Shown here piece by piece: positions 32,701 through 44,100 of a DNA stretch of 64,000 nucleotides. The translations under genes and the position numbers were made by a program. How positions within the stretch are numbered: the first letter of the stretch is position 1; each line of letters starts with the position of its first letter. Under the pieces are notes generated by a model. The model saw only the letters and a program-made list of their open reading frames with translations, searched no databases and had not been told where the DNA came from. The DNA lies in the NCBI GenBank assembly GCA_018657385.1, contig JABHXF010000009.1:2554-66553 (forward strand). Direction: 5' to 3'. The DNA comes from Candidatus Woesearchaeota archaeon (GTDB lineage: Archaea > Nanobdellota > Nanobdellia > Woesearchaeales > DSVV01).

Positions 32701-32885
32701 TATTCTGGATCAAATGAATAAGCCAAATCAGGATCAGTAAAGATTAAGTCTGGAACATCAGCAATACTACAATCAGGCGGACAACCAGGATTTAAAGCTA
32801 AAGCATTGAAAGAAAATAGAATTAAAACTATTAAACTAATAAGTGTAAATATTAAAATTGAATATTTATTTATTTTTGAATTCAT
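29754..32885 (-). CDS. Secreted protein with PG_binding_1-like domain and C-terminal CHAT/caspase-fold peptidase-like domain
   Basis: Signal peptide; NIQKVVG..TGVYDKQTSAKVKDWQ..VDGFFGQESL; YDVFHTSSH and PALVSISGCMS. Confidence 0.7.
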   Translation of the reverse strand: MNSKINKYSILIFTLISLIVLILFSFNALALNPGCPPDCSIADVPDLIFTDPDLAYSFDPEYTITTLGDEFLKTRPQIAYSYFKANPNKMLFYPEGAKNYFLETKNPDRVLMKKYLRGFMLPLSISGDNHKVARKYLNDVNFNDLNDREILASHLLTLHPLTSKDRAITKKYLIKNNGKYINNDIQGKIIFSKYLRAEGVDVNAISGNIISFSSDGKLKCKGSTINVYDLKKGSAKDKYAMEVTSNGKLKLILKYKKEKEIEVFKTAKEKEVAKKALAGLGKGWNDFVGAYGDNEIVQALTIEEETLESVGDEFAESKKIVEEDLRKAIPLEGDIKINGDNGRISIKKGKIREINVRDARDIEVGPSSFTGRIGEVEGIEFEREKVDIAGKKVRVPPIITVHDKYATAYNIQSGGATRVHRVAPIIEGHGAKIKKVKATTIGGYEYYTTDNKGITKVKSYGPDPYRGRKGIYLEGEFIVDDYDDVSSSRRLYLYSGKSDEKTLSVNGVEITPHNKFATRLFFPNQEKIMKKPLYSTSEYVGFTKDGIITHGKNVKTSMSPGAYVQHEKALGRNVKDFMDFPSRGYFSPGDKASKGSRKYNDILNIQKVVGSKQTGVYDKQTSAKVKDWQETQVLDGNKIGVDGFFGQESLNAILSSSQGRIVVEGKSTDAEVKIKFEKGEIISDIFGDTNVRKGRELYKHTSIKFAEASNGKQEAPLELIKKSFEDKPKGDTGPTSKLEKVVAVDPDKEKEVTFPITFRQDKSIYPSERVSESEYNLYRRYFDFPSRKALISGEDSVEKLIGPTISPSTDLDFVDAFVNPDLIKEQGGYIELHPDFENMVDDGKIRILYAPGASREKQSGGRIVPMTYDSNGVLADDRKIKRSSPKKYKTKDGSDVEVEMTVVYTAQDAANEFAKGGYDVFHTSSHTYGGRYSGFSFSTDEEGIKRGVFRPWNYPAIKKLNNDQKPALVSISGCMSERRTGSKLRGLGRGVNTITTERSISGDSATIVLNGLLTGRSGKEIAYISDIEEGTRKGAYVYKKDGS

Positions 32886-32947
32886 TTTTTATGTGTCAAT
32901 TTCTTTTATTTTATGTATTAATTAAATTTTTGTTTTAATTTTAATCC

Positions 32948-34411
32948 TTACTCTAATTCTTTATATGCTTCTTCCTCTACAAACAAAGTCATTTCTTGTT
33001 CACCAACATAACCATTTTGGTCTACAACAGTAATCCTGATTGTATGTTCCCCAATGTTTTCTTCAACAGGAATAAAACCAATTATCCCTGTTTTTTCATC
33101 AATATTAAATAAATCAGTATCATCGTAATAAGTAAATATAGTTTCTTCTGCTTCAGTTATTTCTCCAAGCTCTTCATCTGAATTAACTCCAGCAATAACT
33201 TGATAACTATATACATCCCCAATATATGCTGTTTGATAATCAATATATTCAATAGTTGGCTCATTAAATGATTTAACAACGTCTAACATCATTTTTTCTG
33301 CTCTCATTTCTTCATCTTCACTAACAATACCAATTGTAACTATATAACTTCCAATGTCAGTTTCAGCAGGTGTAAATTGTATTAATCCTGTTAGTTCATC
33401 AATTTCAAATAATTCAGTATTATCATAATATCCTTTGATATTACCAACAGCCTCTACTTGATAGCTATACAAATAACCTGCTTCTGTTACCTGCTTTGGG
33501 ATTGGCAATAAATCTAATGCATCTTCTTTATACTCATCTTCAATATCAAAGAAATGTACAAACATAAAAGTTACGTTATCTCCACCATATTCTTCCTTTG
33601 TGAAAAAATAAAGAATTTGTGAAGTATGGTCAGGAACAGGATCAAGACCAATAAAATTACCTTCTTCATCAGATTCATGGAATACAATGCCATAATCCTC
33701 AACTTCTGCTGTTTTTACTACAATATCATATATTTCTGTTAAATCCCTAATACAACTTAAACAGATAAGATTATCATTTGCTGCTTGATATTCTGAATAT
33801 TCTTTTGCAGCTTGATATAGTTCAGGATAAATAGATTGTACCTCAGTTTCAAATAAACTCCATGTCTTAATTGTTTCTCCAATTTTAACTTCAATTGGAT
33901 AAATCATCTTAACAATAATATTGTCTTCATACATTTCTGAATTAACTTCCAATTGTAATGGCTGAGCTGTAACCTCATAATTTAAATTTGAAAAATCTAA
34001 ACAATCTAAAACAAATGATTTAATCCTTAATGAAAGCTGTTTTTGAAGCTCATCTTTTGTTGGAATAACAGATTCAGAATCATAAACATAAAAAGGAATA
34101 TTAAAAAATGTACTATCGCCAAGATCATTAGTAACTGTAAAAGGCATTGATATTAAACCACCATCTTGATTTGTTCTTACTTCCTTGAATCCACCTTGAA
34201 CAGAATTCCATATGATTGCTTCTTTTGTTGCTTGCTCCATACATGATGTGACATAATTATATATTGGCTTTAGTTCATTAGGAACATCTTGTATTTTTGT
34301 AACCCGAACTCCTTGAGTAAGATAATTTTGAAAATAAATACCTAAACTAAATAAAATTAAGAAAACCATACCTATTATGATGAATAATGTAATTGCGCCT
34401 CTTTTATTCAT
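32948..34411 (-). CDS. Class III signal (pilin-like) protein with two cadherin/Ig-like repeats
   Basis: KRG/AITLFIIIG, PIYNYVTSC..VQGG; two YSYQV..YYDxTxLFxIDExTGxIxFxP repeats. Confidence 0.8.
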   Translation of the reverse strand: MNKRGAITLFIIIGMVFLILFSLGIYFQNYLTQGVRVTKIQDVPNELKPIYNYVTSCMEQATKEAIIWNSVQGGFKEVRTNQDGGLISMPFTVTNDLGDSTFFNIPFYVYDSESVIPTKDELQKQLSLRIKSFVLDCLDFSNLNYEVTAQPLQLEVNSEMYEDNIIVKMIYPIEVKIGETIKTWSLFETEVQSIYPELYQAAKEYSEYQAANDNLICLSCIRDLTEIYDIVVKTAEVEDYGIVFHESDEEGNFIGLDPVPDHTSQILYFFTKEEYGGDNVTFMFVHFFDIEDEYKEDALDLLPIPKQVTEAGYLYSYQVEAVGNIKGYYDNTELFEIDELTGLIQFTPAETDIGSYIVTIGIVSEDEEMRAEKMMLDVVKSFNEPTIEYIDYQTAYIGDVYSYQVIAGVNSDEELGEITEAEETIFTYYDDTDLFNIDEKTGIIGFIPVEENIGEHTIRITVVDQNGYVGEQEMTLFVEEEAYKELE

Positions 34412-34496
34412 ATATATTAATTATTATATAATATGTTTATATAGTTTTTGGTAGATATATATACATATTTTCTTTTTTATACATTATTGGTGATTT

Positions 34497-34592
34497 AAAT
34501 CCAACAACATTGGCCGGACGAGCCGATAGGCGAGTAGGATTTTTCGAACAGAGTGAGAAAAGTCCGTCCGTGTCATTGTTGTTGTTGGATTT
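34497..34592 (+). repeat. Family A palindromic element copy 4
   Basis: AAATCCAACAACATTGGC-CGGAC-GA-GCC(GATA)GGC-GAGTA-GGATTTTTC..GAAAAGTCC-GTCCG-T-GTCATTGTTGTTGTTGGATTT. Confidence 0.9.
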
Positions 34593-34627
34593 GTTATTGA
34601 CATACTAAGAAAATAAAAACCTTCAAT

Positions 34628-34651
34628 AGAAACATGTCCTCCGGACCTAGT
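34628..34651 (+). repeat. Family B repeat
   Basis: AGAAACATGTCCTCCGGACCTAGT, exact inverted copy of 5928-5951. Confidence 0.85.
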
Positions 34652-34673
34652 AAAAAAAGAAAAATTAAGAATA

Positions 34674-35441
34674 TTATAATGCTTTATTAAAAACAAGACC
34701 TAAATATCTCTTTGCCCAACTGAAATATATTATAAATACAAGAAGATTAATGAACATTCTAACATTAAAAGGAATAAAATTCATGTATATTGCAATCTGT
34801 GATAATAAGAATAGAACAACTAAAGTAAGAGCAGTAATTATTATATAGGGCAATATGAACAAATAAATCTTTTTGAAAGTTACCTTAAAGAAACTTTTTA
34901 ATTTACCCAATACGAATAATGCATTAGCACTATGAGTTATATAAATTATCGCTGGCAATATGACAAGAACAAAGAACCATGCTTGAATTTTAGCAACCAC
35001 ATAATTCGCTGTAATTGCAAAGAATAATATAAATAATAACATTAAACAAAAATTCAATATACTTAAGTATAAAACTTTTTTAAAATCTAATTTTTTATTG
35101 AATATCTTAGCCCAAATTAAGCCCTTGAAAAAACTGAAATTTGCTAATAACAATATAAATATTAAAGCAGTGAAGATCCCAAAAACATATAGTGATGATT
35201 TAATTTGTTGGCCCATAACCATTAATGCTTCTAAAGGTAAGTTTTGCATACCCTCGACAAAACTATTTGTTTGGAATAAAAAAGTTGCTTCAGGTAAAAT
35301 ATATTTAATAAAAATTGCTAATGAGAAAATAAAGATAAAATAGTAAATTAAATCATATACAACTGTAAATAAATATTGCGGTAAATTCTTTTTTCTAAAG
35401 CAATCTAAGCTTTTAATGAATAATGAATTTTTTATGTGCAT
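34674..35441 (-). CDS. Multi-pass membrane protein (about 6 TM); paralog of 16895..17782
   Basis: Similar hydrophobicity profile and shared D-in-TM1 and K/R-x-x-x-WA motifs. Confidence 0.8.
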   Translation of the reverse strand: MHIKNSLFIKSLDCFRKKNLPQYLFTVVYDLIYYFIFIFSLAIFIKYILPEATFLFQTNSFVEGMQNLPLEALMVMGQQIKSSLYVFGIFTALIFILLLANFSFFKGLIWAKIFNKKLDFKKVLYLSILNFCLMLLFILFFAITANYVVAKIQAWFFVLVILPAIIYITHSANALFVLGKLKSFFKVTFKKIYLFILPYIIITALTLVVLFLLSQIAIYMNFIPFNVRMFINLLVFIIYFSWAKRYLGLVFNKAL

Positions 35442-35571
35442 GTTTAATATCCCCTGTTTATTCTTTGTAAAGTTTTATGTGTTTATATATTTAATGGGTT
35501 TTGAAGGTTAGGATGGTATGGAATGTTTAGATGGTAAAGAACCTTCCTTACCTTCCAAACTCCAAACCTTC

Positions 35572-37899
35572 CTAGCTCTTATAATAATTAGCTGGCATTT
35601 GACCACAACTATAATCTCCATTATCAACATCAATTATGAATTCTTCTCCACCTAAGACATTACATATAGGCTTAACATACTTATCATTATCTAATATTTT
35701 CAAACAAACATGATCAAATCTACATTCTTGTTTTTTAAAGTTAGTACCATCACCATCACATACAAAAGTTGTTTCATCTCCTGCATAATGGATTCTATGA
35801 ACTCCTAAAGGATTGTTTACAGCAAACTCATCCATCCAACCATATGCACCAGTATATTCTGATCCAAATGATTTTTTCTTTGTACAATGATTGTATAAAT
35901 AAACAATACCATGTATTGGTCCAATTGTTTGTAAAGTAAAAGAATATCTAAATGCATTTTCATCTACTACTTCTTTTTCTCCACCTAAAGTTACAATTAC
36001 TTCTCCTTCATCTAAATAACCAAGATTAAAGCCAAAATTATGTTCTTGTGTTATTGTTAATCCTGAAATAACATCAGTTTCACTCTCACCAGTATTATAA
36101 TAATCCATTGTACAAACAGAATCATACAACCAATACTCTAATCTTGAAAAAGCATTTTCAGTCCAATCATCTAATAAAGTTCCAAAAACACTTTCTACTC
36201 TAGATCTAAACTCAAAATTAAGATTATCATATGTTGCATCCATTTTTTTTTGTGCTCCTGTACATTCTGGACCAGCATAAGCTTTTTTGTCACATGCTTC
36301 AATTGTCTTTTCAATATAACCAGTTGGATCACCAGCACATCTTTTTAAGCCATCGAAAGTAGTACAATAAATACTTCCTTCTGATTCATGAACACATCCT
36401 TTAACATTATCACACTTTCTTTTTGCACAATCTCCACCAGAAGCAGCATCTGCTGCAGTACATCTTTTACCATCTGCAGTTGCATAAACATAACCTTCTG
36501 TTCCTTGGAAAACACTATGATGTTTAAACGTAAAAGAAGCTTTACCAGCATCGCAATTATCATCATCTTCACAAACAAATACATCTCCCTCTGTATCTAA
36601 CCCACCTATTTTAGATGATGATTTTTGTTCTTTAGGTTTTTGTTCTTCTTTTGTTTCTTCTTTCTTTTCTTCTTCTTCATTAGGTGAATTTAGTGGTACA
36701 GTTTTAGTTACAGCCATACTATCTTTAGCAAGTTGGCCTAATTTATTGTATTTGTTAAGATCATCTCCTAAATTATTAGCCATTGTACAATCATTTTTTT
36801 TACATACTAATATTACCTTACCTTCCTGATCATAATAAGCAGTTTCATCATCATCAGTAAGGGAAAAATCAAAACTAACACCCTTTTTATCTCCAGACTT
36901 TTCATTTAAAGTATAACCTTTTCCCTTTTCCCCATCAACATAATAGATTAACTTTTCCTGAGCTTCTTCTTCACCATCATCAGCATCTTCTTCTTCTTCT
37001 CCTGGAGTGTTTGATTTTGGTGGTTTAGCATAAGTGTCTAGTTTCTCTTGATTATTCTTTGCAGTTTTTTTAAGTTGATTTGCTTCTTTAGTTAATTTAT
37101 CTGCAAGTTCTATTTTTCCTTGCTTTTTAGCTTCTTCTGCCGCTTTTTCATAATCATTAGCTAATTCCTTTACTTTTTCATTGTATTCTTCTAACTCTGT
37201 TACTAATTCCTTTCTTTTTTCCTCATCAGGGGACACAGTAAGTACAAATGAAAGTTCATCAGAAAGTTCAGTAATCTTTTGATCATATTCATCTTTTTTC
37301 TTGTCTGCATCTTCAATTGCTTTTTCTAAATTCTCAATTGGTTGTTCTTCTTCAGATGCTTCATCTTCCCCATCTTCATCATCATCATCATCCTCATCTT
37401 CTTCTACATTTGATTCAGGTGGAGGAGCAGGTTCAGTAGAAGGATTTTGTTGTGCATATCCTGTTTCAAATGCACCAACCATTTTATTAAAATCATCTTT
37501 ATCTTTTGGTTCCATCTCAGTGTCCATCATTTGTTTACATTGATTTGCATTACCACATTCACGTTCATCACCACCCATAATAAAAGGTTTTTTTGCATAA
37601 GCTTTAACTAAAGTTGCTTTACCAGAATCATCAACCTTAAATTTAACTTTAAGCTTCCCAGTACCAGCTTCTTTGTAACCTTCATAATTACCTTCATCAT
37701 CAACAGGATATAATGTAATTTCTTTCATCCCTTGACCAATAGTAATTGGATTACCATTTTGTGTTACAGGTTCATCTTTCCAATCTGCCATTCCTGCCAG
37801 ATTACTTTGATAGCTAGGACTATAGAAAACTGCCATTGAAAATAGAAACATGACTAGTACAATCATGCTTACTGCCTTTCTAAAATGCTGTTTTGGCAT
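35572..37899 (-). CDS. Exported protein with acidic/coiled-coil stalk and conserved Cys-rich C-terminal domain; paralog of 38198..44596
   Basis: MPKQHFR plus hydrophobic segment; C-terminal ~340 aa highly similar to the paralog (LNFEFRSRVESVFGTLLDDWT..EYWLYDSVCTMDYYNTG). Confidence 0.85.
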   Translation of the reverse strand: MPKQHFRKAVSMIVLVMFLFSMAVFYSPSYQSNLAGMADWKDEPVTQNGNPITIGQGMKEITLYPVDDEGNYEGYKEAGTGKLKVKFKVDDSGKATLVKAYAKKPFIMGGDERECGNANQCKQMMDTEMEPKDKDDFNKMVGAFETGYAQQNPSTEPAPPPESNVEEDEDDDDDEDGEDEASEEEQPIENLEKAIEDADKKKDEYDQKITELSDELSFVLTVSPDEEKRKELVTELEEYNEKVKELANDYEKAAEEAKKQGKIELADKLTKEANQLKKTAKNNQEKLDTYAKPPKSNTPGEEEEDADDGEEEAQEKLIYYVDGEKGKGYTLNEKSGDKKGVSFDFSLTDDDETAYYDQEGKVILVCKKNDCTMANNLGDDLNKYNKLGQLAKDSMAVTKTVPLNSPNEEEEKKEETKEEQKPKEQKSSSKIGGLDTEGDVFVCEDDDNCDAGKASFTFKHHSVFQGTEGYVYATADGKRCTAADAASGGDCAKRKCDNVKGCVHESEGSIYCTTFDGLKRCAGDPTGYIEKTIEACDKKAYAGPECTGAQKKMDATYDNLNFEFRSRVESVFGTLLDDWTENAFSRLEYWLYDSVCTMDYYNTGESETDVISGLTITQEHNFGFNLGYLDEGEVIVTLGGEKEVVDENAFRYSFTLQTIGPIHGIVYLYNHCTKKKSFGSEYTGAYGWMDEFAVNNPLGVHRIHYAGDETTFVCDGDGTNFKKQECRFDHVCLKILDNDKYVKPICNVLGGEEFIIDVDNGDYSCGQMPANYYKS

Positions 37900-38081
37900 T
37901 AATTAACCCCTTTTATTCACTCTTTTTATTATAATAATACTATATTAAACCAAAATTAATTGATTTTTATTTATTATTCATTTATAGATAAATCTATCTA
38001 TATCAAACATTCTGTAGAAATTGATTTATAAATTTTATTATAGATATATGCAATAATATGATTTTTTATTAATATATGAAT

Positions 38082-38169
38082 AAAAAACAACAACCAAGGC
38101 ACAGACGGACTTTCTTCGAAAGTCCTATTCGCCTCGCTTTGCTCGTCTCATCTGGCCATGTTGTTTTTT
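38082..38169 (-). repeat. Family A palindromic element copy 5
   Basis: Minus strand: AAAAAACAACATGGC-CAGAT-GA-GAC..GGC-GAATA-GGACTTTC(GAA)GAAAGTCC-GTCTG-T-GCCTTGGTTGTTG. Confidence 0.9.
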
Positions 38170-38197
38170 GTAGATCTAAAAAATTTAATTGATTCAA

Positions 38198-41100
38198 TTA
38201 ACAGCCATAATCGCCTTCATCAGTGATTACAAACTCATCTCCACCTAATTGAGTGCAAATAGGTGCAGTATATTTTTCTTTTTGTGAATCTGTCCAAGTA
38301 TCCACGTCCATGATTTTCAAACAAACATAATCAAACCTACATTCTGTATCAATTTCATCACATATAAAAGTTGTTTCATCACCAGCATAATGTGTTCTAT
38401 GAACACCCTTAGGATTATTCACAACAAACTCATCATTCCAACCAATTTGTCCAGTTGCTTTGCTTTCAAAAGATTTTTCAGAATCACATTTATTATAAAG
38501 ATAAACAATACCATGCAGTGCCCCAATTGTTTGAAGACTAAATGAATATCTATAAATTCCTTCATCAACGATTTCTCGTTCACCACCAATTGTTGCAATT
38601 ATCTCTCCTTCATCCAAATATCCTAAATTAAAACCAAAATTATGTTCTTGTGTTATAGTTAGTCCTGAAATTACATCAGTTTCACTACTTCCAGTATTAT
38701 AATAATCCATAGTACAAACAGAATCATACAACCAATATTCCATTTTATTGAAAAAGTTTCCTGTCCAATCATCCAACAAAGTTCCAAACACACTTTCTAC
38801 TCTAGATCTAAATTCAAAGTTTAATGTATCATAAACTTTATCCATTCTTTTTTGTGCTCCTGGACAATTTGGTCCTTTATAACTATTTTTATCACAATCT
38901 TCAATCATTTTTTCAATTGAATCAACTGGATTTGTTGCACATGCTTTTTCTCCTTGATATGTTGTACAAAAAGTATCACCATCATAATCATGTTTACATC
39001 CTGTTAATTTATCACATTTAACAGCTGAACAACCAGAATTAGGATTTGATGCTTCTGCTGCTGAACAAGGAACTTTTTTACCTTTTTCTTCTTTCACGTA
39101 TACAAAACCTTCTGTTCCTTGGAAAACACTATCATGTTTAAACATAAATGAAGCTTTAGTAGGATCACACTCCTCTACTTTAGCGTCGCAAACAGCCAAA
39201 TCACCATTACTATCTAAGCCAGCAATATTTTCAGGTGGTTTGTATTCTTTTTTAGCTTTTGCTGCTGCTTCAGCTTCTGCTTTTTTCTTTGCTTCTTCTT
39301 CTGCTTTTTTCTTTTTTTCTTCTTCAGCTTTCTTTTTCTCTTCTTCAGCTTTTTTCTTTTCTGCAGCTTCTTTTGCTTTTTCTTCTTCTGTTTTTTCTTT
39401 TCCTTCTTTCTTTTCTTCTTCAGCTTTTGCTTCTACTTCTTTAGCTTTTGCTGCTGCTTCTTTTTCTGCCTTTGCTTTTGCTTCATTCTCTTCTTTAACT
39501 TTTTCATCAATAACTTCTTCTTTCAATGCTTTTGCTTGTGGTCCTAATTCACCATCTTTATATTTAATTAATTTTGTTTTATCTTTTTCTGTATAACCAA
39601 CAGGATCACCTTTAGCATCATAATAAATTGTTTCTCCTGTTTTTTTATTTTTAAAAGCTTTAGTATGTTCTCCTGCATCAACAACTTCATAAGTTCCTTT
39701 ACTTGTTGTTATAATTTGTCCAGAAGTAAATGAAGCAGTCCATGGAGTTACTGGAATTATTGGAGTTGGTGAAACACCACCAGGCATTGTTCCTGATTTT
39801 TGTTTTAATTCCTGTTTCTTTTTCTGTTCCTCAACTAATTCTTTTGCTCCCTCTAGAACATCATTTCTTTCATTAAAATTCTGAACATCTTCTTGAGCTA
39901 ATTTTGTTAAGAATGCAAGATTCATATCATCCTCTTCAATTGTATCAACTAAATCATCAAAATGATCATCTAAACCTTTACATAGTTTTGGATCACACTC
40001 TGTGTATGTAACTTGATCTTTATTAACACCTGCCTGAAAAGAATCAACTATACCTACAACTTTTCCTTTATTGTTAATAACAACATATTGGTTATCTATT
40101 TTAGTATTACCAAAATATAAGGATTCACCAGATTTTGGATTAGAACTAAATTTTTGATAAGTACTGCCACCATAAATTATATCCCCTAACTGAGGCGAAT
40201 TAGGATAATAAACCATTTCAACTCTTTCATCTCCTTTACCAACACCAACTTTTACTTTTCTGACATTACCATCTTCGTCAAATGTTAGTGTTCTTGCATT
40301 ATCAAAACTTTCAATATTTTTTTGTGAGCCAGTAAAACCACCCCAATTATTAGGATTAACTTCACCATCTCCTTCAGATAATATTGTCAATTCTGTTTCT
40401 CCTTCATTATTCTCAGAAAATTCATAAACATGTTCATCAGTATCCCAACCAGCAATTGCAACATAACATCTTTTTCCTTTACAAACGAAACCATCATCTT
40501 CAAAACTTCTACCTTGCATATCTTGAGAAATTCTTCCGTAAAGCAAAGCAATTTCTTTTTCTGATAATTTAGAATCTTTAAAAGCAGTTTCATAAACTCT
40601 TTGTGGAATTTCAACTTCATTCCCCCCTATATCTGTATATTTATAATGGGTTATTCCATCATCATCTACATGTGTTCTAATATATTTTCCAGACACCTCT
40701 GAACCTAATCCTTTTGACGAAGAACCAAGTCTAAGTTTATAGTTACTATGACCTAATTTCAAAGAATCTTTGTCTAGATAAGCTTTAACATCCCTCTGGA
40801 TTAAGTCTAAAACAGCTCCAATTTGTTCTTTTGCAGATTCACATTTATCAGGAAATTGTGTACAATCTAGAGAACCAACAGATTTAATAACTCCAAAATT
40901 ATCTACTACAACTTCTTTGTCTTCCCCATCAATTTCTACTTTACCTTTCCATCTACCTTGAGTTCCATCACCTACAAATTCAAAGTTTCTTCCATCAGTA
41001 TCTTTAATATTTCTTTTCCCTGTTAGAGGGGAATAAGATGCAATTAATCCATTATTCATTTTAATTTCATATTCATCTAAAGCAGTGCCTGTTTTGAATT

Positions 41101-44100
41101 TATAGGTTAAAACCCCATTATATCTTAAATTTTCAAGACCTGTATTTTCATCAGACATGCCTCGTTGATAATTTTCTTCGAAAAATTCTAATCTATCAGA
41201 ATCATCATCACCAACCCTAGGTCCGATTAGAGTATCTTCAGAATGTTTACTTCTAAAATCTTCATATATTCTTACAACTTTTTCACCATTAACAATGTCT
41301 ACTGTAAAAACATTACCATCAACTGCACATGCAAAACTTCCACATTTCATTTTCATTGCTGCACCATTTAATGTTTTATCATCATATCTTGTTGCAATTG
41401 CTTCATACAATAATGCAACATCTTCTTCTTCCATAATTGTTTGATCTAAAATATTTTTAGAAGTATCAATCTTTGTCATTTGCATTAATTCATTATATGC
41501 ACCTTTTGGAATCTTTAATTTTTTATCTTGATCTGATGTTGGATTTAAATAATATTCAACAATACCATTGTTTGTTTCTTTTTTGAATTTAGAGAAAAGC
41601 TGAGGAGTTATTGGCTCTGTTCCTTGAGCCATAAATTGTTTTAGTCTTAGTTCATCTCTCATTACCCTTAAATCAGCAACCATAGCATTTTGTGTTTGAG
41701 GATCTGCTATCCCACTTGGAACACATTTTGAATCTGCTATATTACCATAACATGAAACTTCTTTATTCTTATCTTTAGTTTTATAACACTTCTTTTCTTC
41801 ACAATAATGCTTATTTCCTAAATCTCTGTCAATGATTCTTTGTTGGTATTCTTTCAAACTTAAAGTTCCATCTTGATCTGATTTAACATCTAAAAATATT
41901 AGAGCTGATTGAATTTCTTTAGCATCTCCAAACTCAAACTGGCCAGGTCCTTTATCTAATCCCTTTAAACCATCAATAACAGGATTCATTCCAGTGTCTG
42001 CTTCTGAAACATAACCAACTTTAATTGTATCAGCAACACCTGTTGCAGCTTCTTCAGCTACTTGTTGAGATAAACCAGGCACAGTTTTGGTTGGTGCTTC
42101 TGTTAGTGTTATTAATTTACCAATAACCTCACTAGGATCACCAGTTGTTAATTCTCCTGTTACCATACTTGCTCTATCCCCATTTTGATCATAACAATAT
42201 TGTTTATCATAACAATAAACATTTCCTTTATTTGTTTCTACAATATCGTAAAATAATGTTTCATCTTCAACTTTAATAGTCAAAACAGTTCCAGTTACTG
42301 ATGCAGTTCCTCCTGTTGCCTCAAATAGTTTAATAGGAGCTTTAGTTTCAACTACAACTTGAGAAACAATACTAACATCTGGAGCAGCTTGTAATGCAGC
42401 AGTTTTAGCAAAATCACCAATGTTTTCTTCAGCATATTGTTCTGTTATAACACCATTTTGATAAACATCTCTTCTTTCTTTCCCAAGTGCATCTATATAT
42501 GCTAATGTTCCTGTTTGGAAAGGAACTATATTTCCATCTTCTTGTAAAATTTGCATATCACCACTCAAACTTTTAAAAATTCTCTGCCCATCATATGAAC
42601 CCCCACCTATTTTTGTTCCAACAGGACTAAAAAATTCACCTTTACCCCCACCAGAAATAACAAGAATAGAATCTTCACCAGTAAATCTACCATTATCAAC
42701 AACTTGATAATTTCCTTGATTATCTACAACTATGAATTCAGTGGTTACCTGCTTTGTTTTTTTATCAATACTTTTTTTTACATAAACTCTTCCTGATGGT
42801 GTTAAAAACTCAGTGGATTCAACACTAAAAAGACCATAACCATTATCAACCCCAAGAAGAATACCATCATTAGTTGTATCAACCATTTCTTTTTGTGCAT
42901 TACGAAACTTACCAGCTGCAGAATTATCCTTCTCATCTAATTTTCCAGATAATAATGCATAACGTACTTTTCCACTTGCATCAAAACTTTTTACAGGAAC
43001 AGTGGAACTAGAAGGCAACTTGAAATATTCTTTTCCCATCTTCAAACAAAAATTATTACTACCACAAGAATAAACTTGTTTTCCTGTTGCAGTAGAATAT
43101 GATGTTGGTGTTGGTTTTTTAACATCTTCTGTTGGTTCCCACTTTTGTGTCAGTTTTACACCTGCACTTTTAAGTGAATCTGGAGTACCATCACTAATTG
43201 GTTTTGGTTTTTTTAATTTCAAATCAATAACTTGTTGTTGTGGAGCTTCTTCAATATATACTAAATCATCTGGTAAAATATCAGGTTCGTTTGCTAATTC
43301 CATAACTTGGTCATAATTAACCTTTTTTATAACCATACCAGTAGAGGTGATAACAACCTGCTCGCCGTTATTATTAACCATCATTAATTTACCTTCATTA
43401 TCACGTTTATAACCAAACATTCCATCTACTTCAAGATAAGCACCATTCTTTTTTGTTTTAACCCTATATGTTTCAATAAATCCTAAACTATCAAGAACTA
43501 TTTGGCCATTATTAAGTGTTAATGTTTGACCTTTAACTTGGTTTCCACTTAAATCATAAACTTCACCTGCAGTTGTTTTAAAATATTTTTTAGTTGACTT
43601 CCCACCAATACTTAATGGTGTAACATCATGTGTAACATCATCATTATCAAATAATAATGTATGTTCTTCAATACCTTGTGGAGTAACTTTCTGCAACTTG
43701 AATGTTTTTTTACCTGGATTAGAAATCTTTTTCCATTCTAAATTAGTAGAAAGATAATATAGATGACCATCAACACCCTCAATAACAGTTTGTTCCTGCC
43801 TTGCATCATCAATTGCACTTGATGGATGAAAAATATAAGGTATTCCAACAGGTTCAGGAGGAATAATTGAATTCTGCTTTTCAAGAGCTATTCTCATTGC
43901 TTTTTGTTGTGCTTCACTATATTTTTGTTCTTCAATATCATCTGAAGTTAAAACTTTATTCCCTTTATTAGTATCAACCCAAACTTGTTCATTATTACTA
44001 TTAACTGTTAATATTTGCCCATTTGAATCTTTTACAAGTCCTAATTGAGAATCTCTTACAGTATATACACCATTTAATCCTGTAGGAACTAAAACATTAT

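Noticed and set aside
35572..39230. Diversity-generating retroelement TR/VR pair
   Set aside because: Both copies are coding, differences look mostly synonymous and not adenine-specific, and no reverse transcriptase is present.
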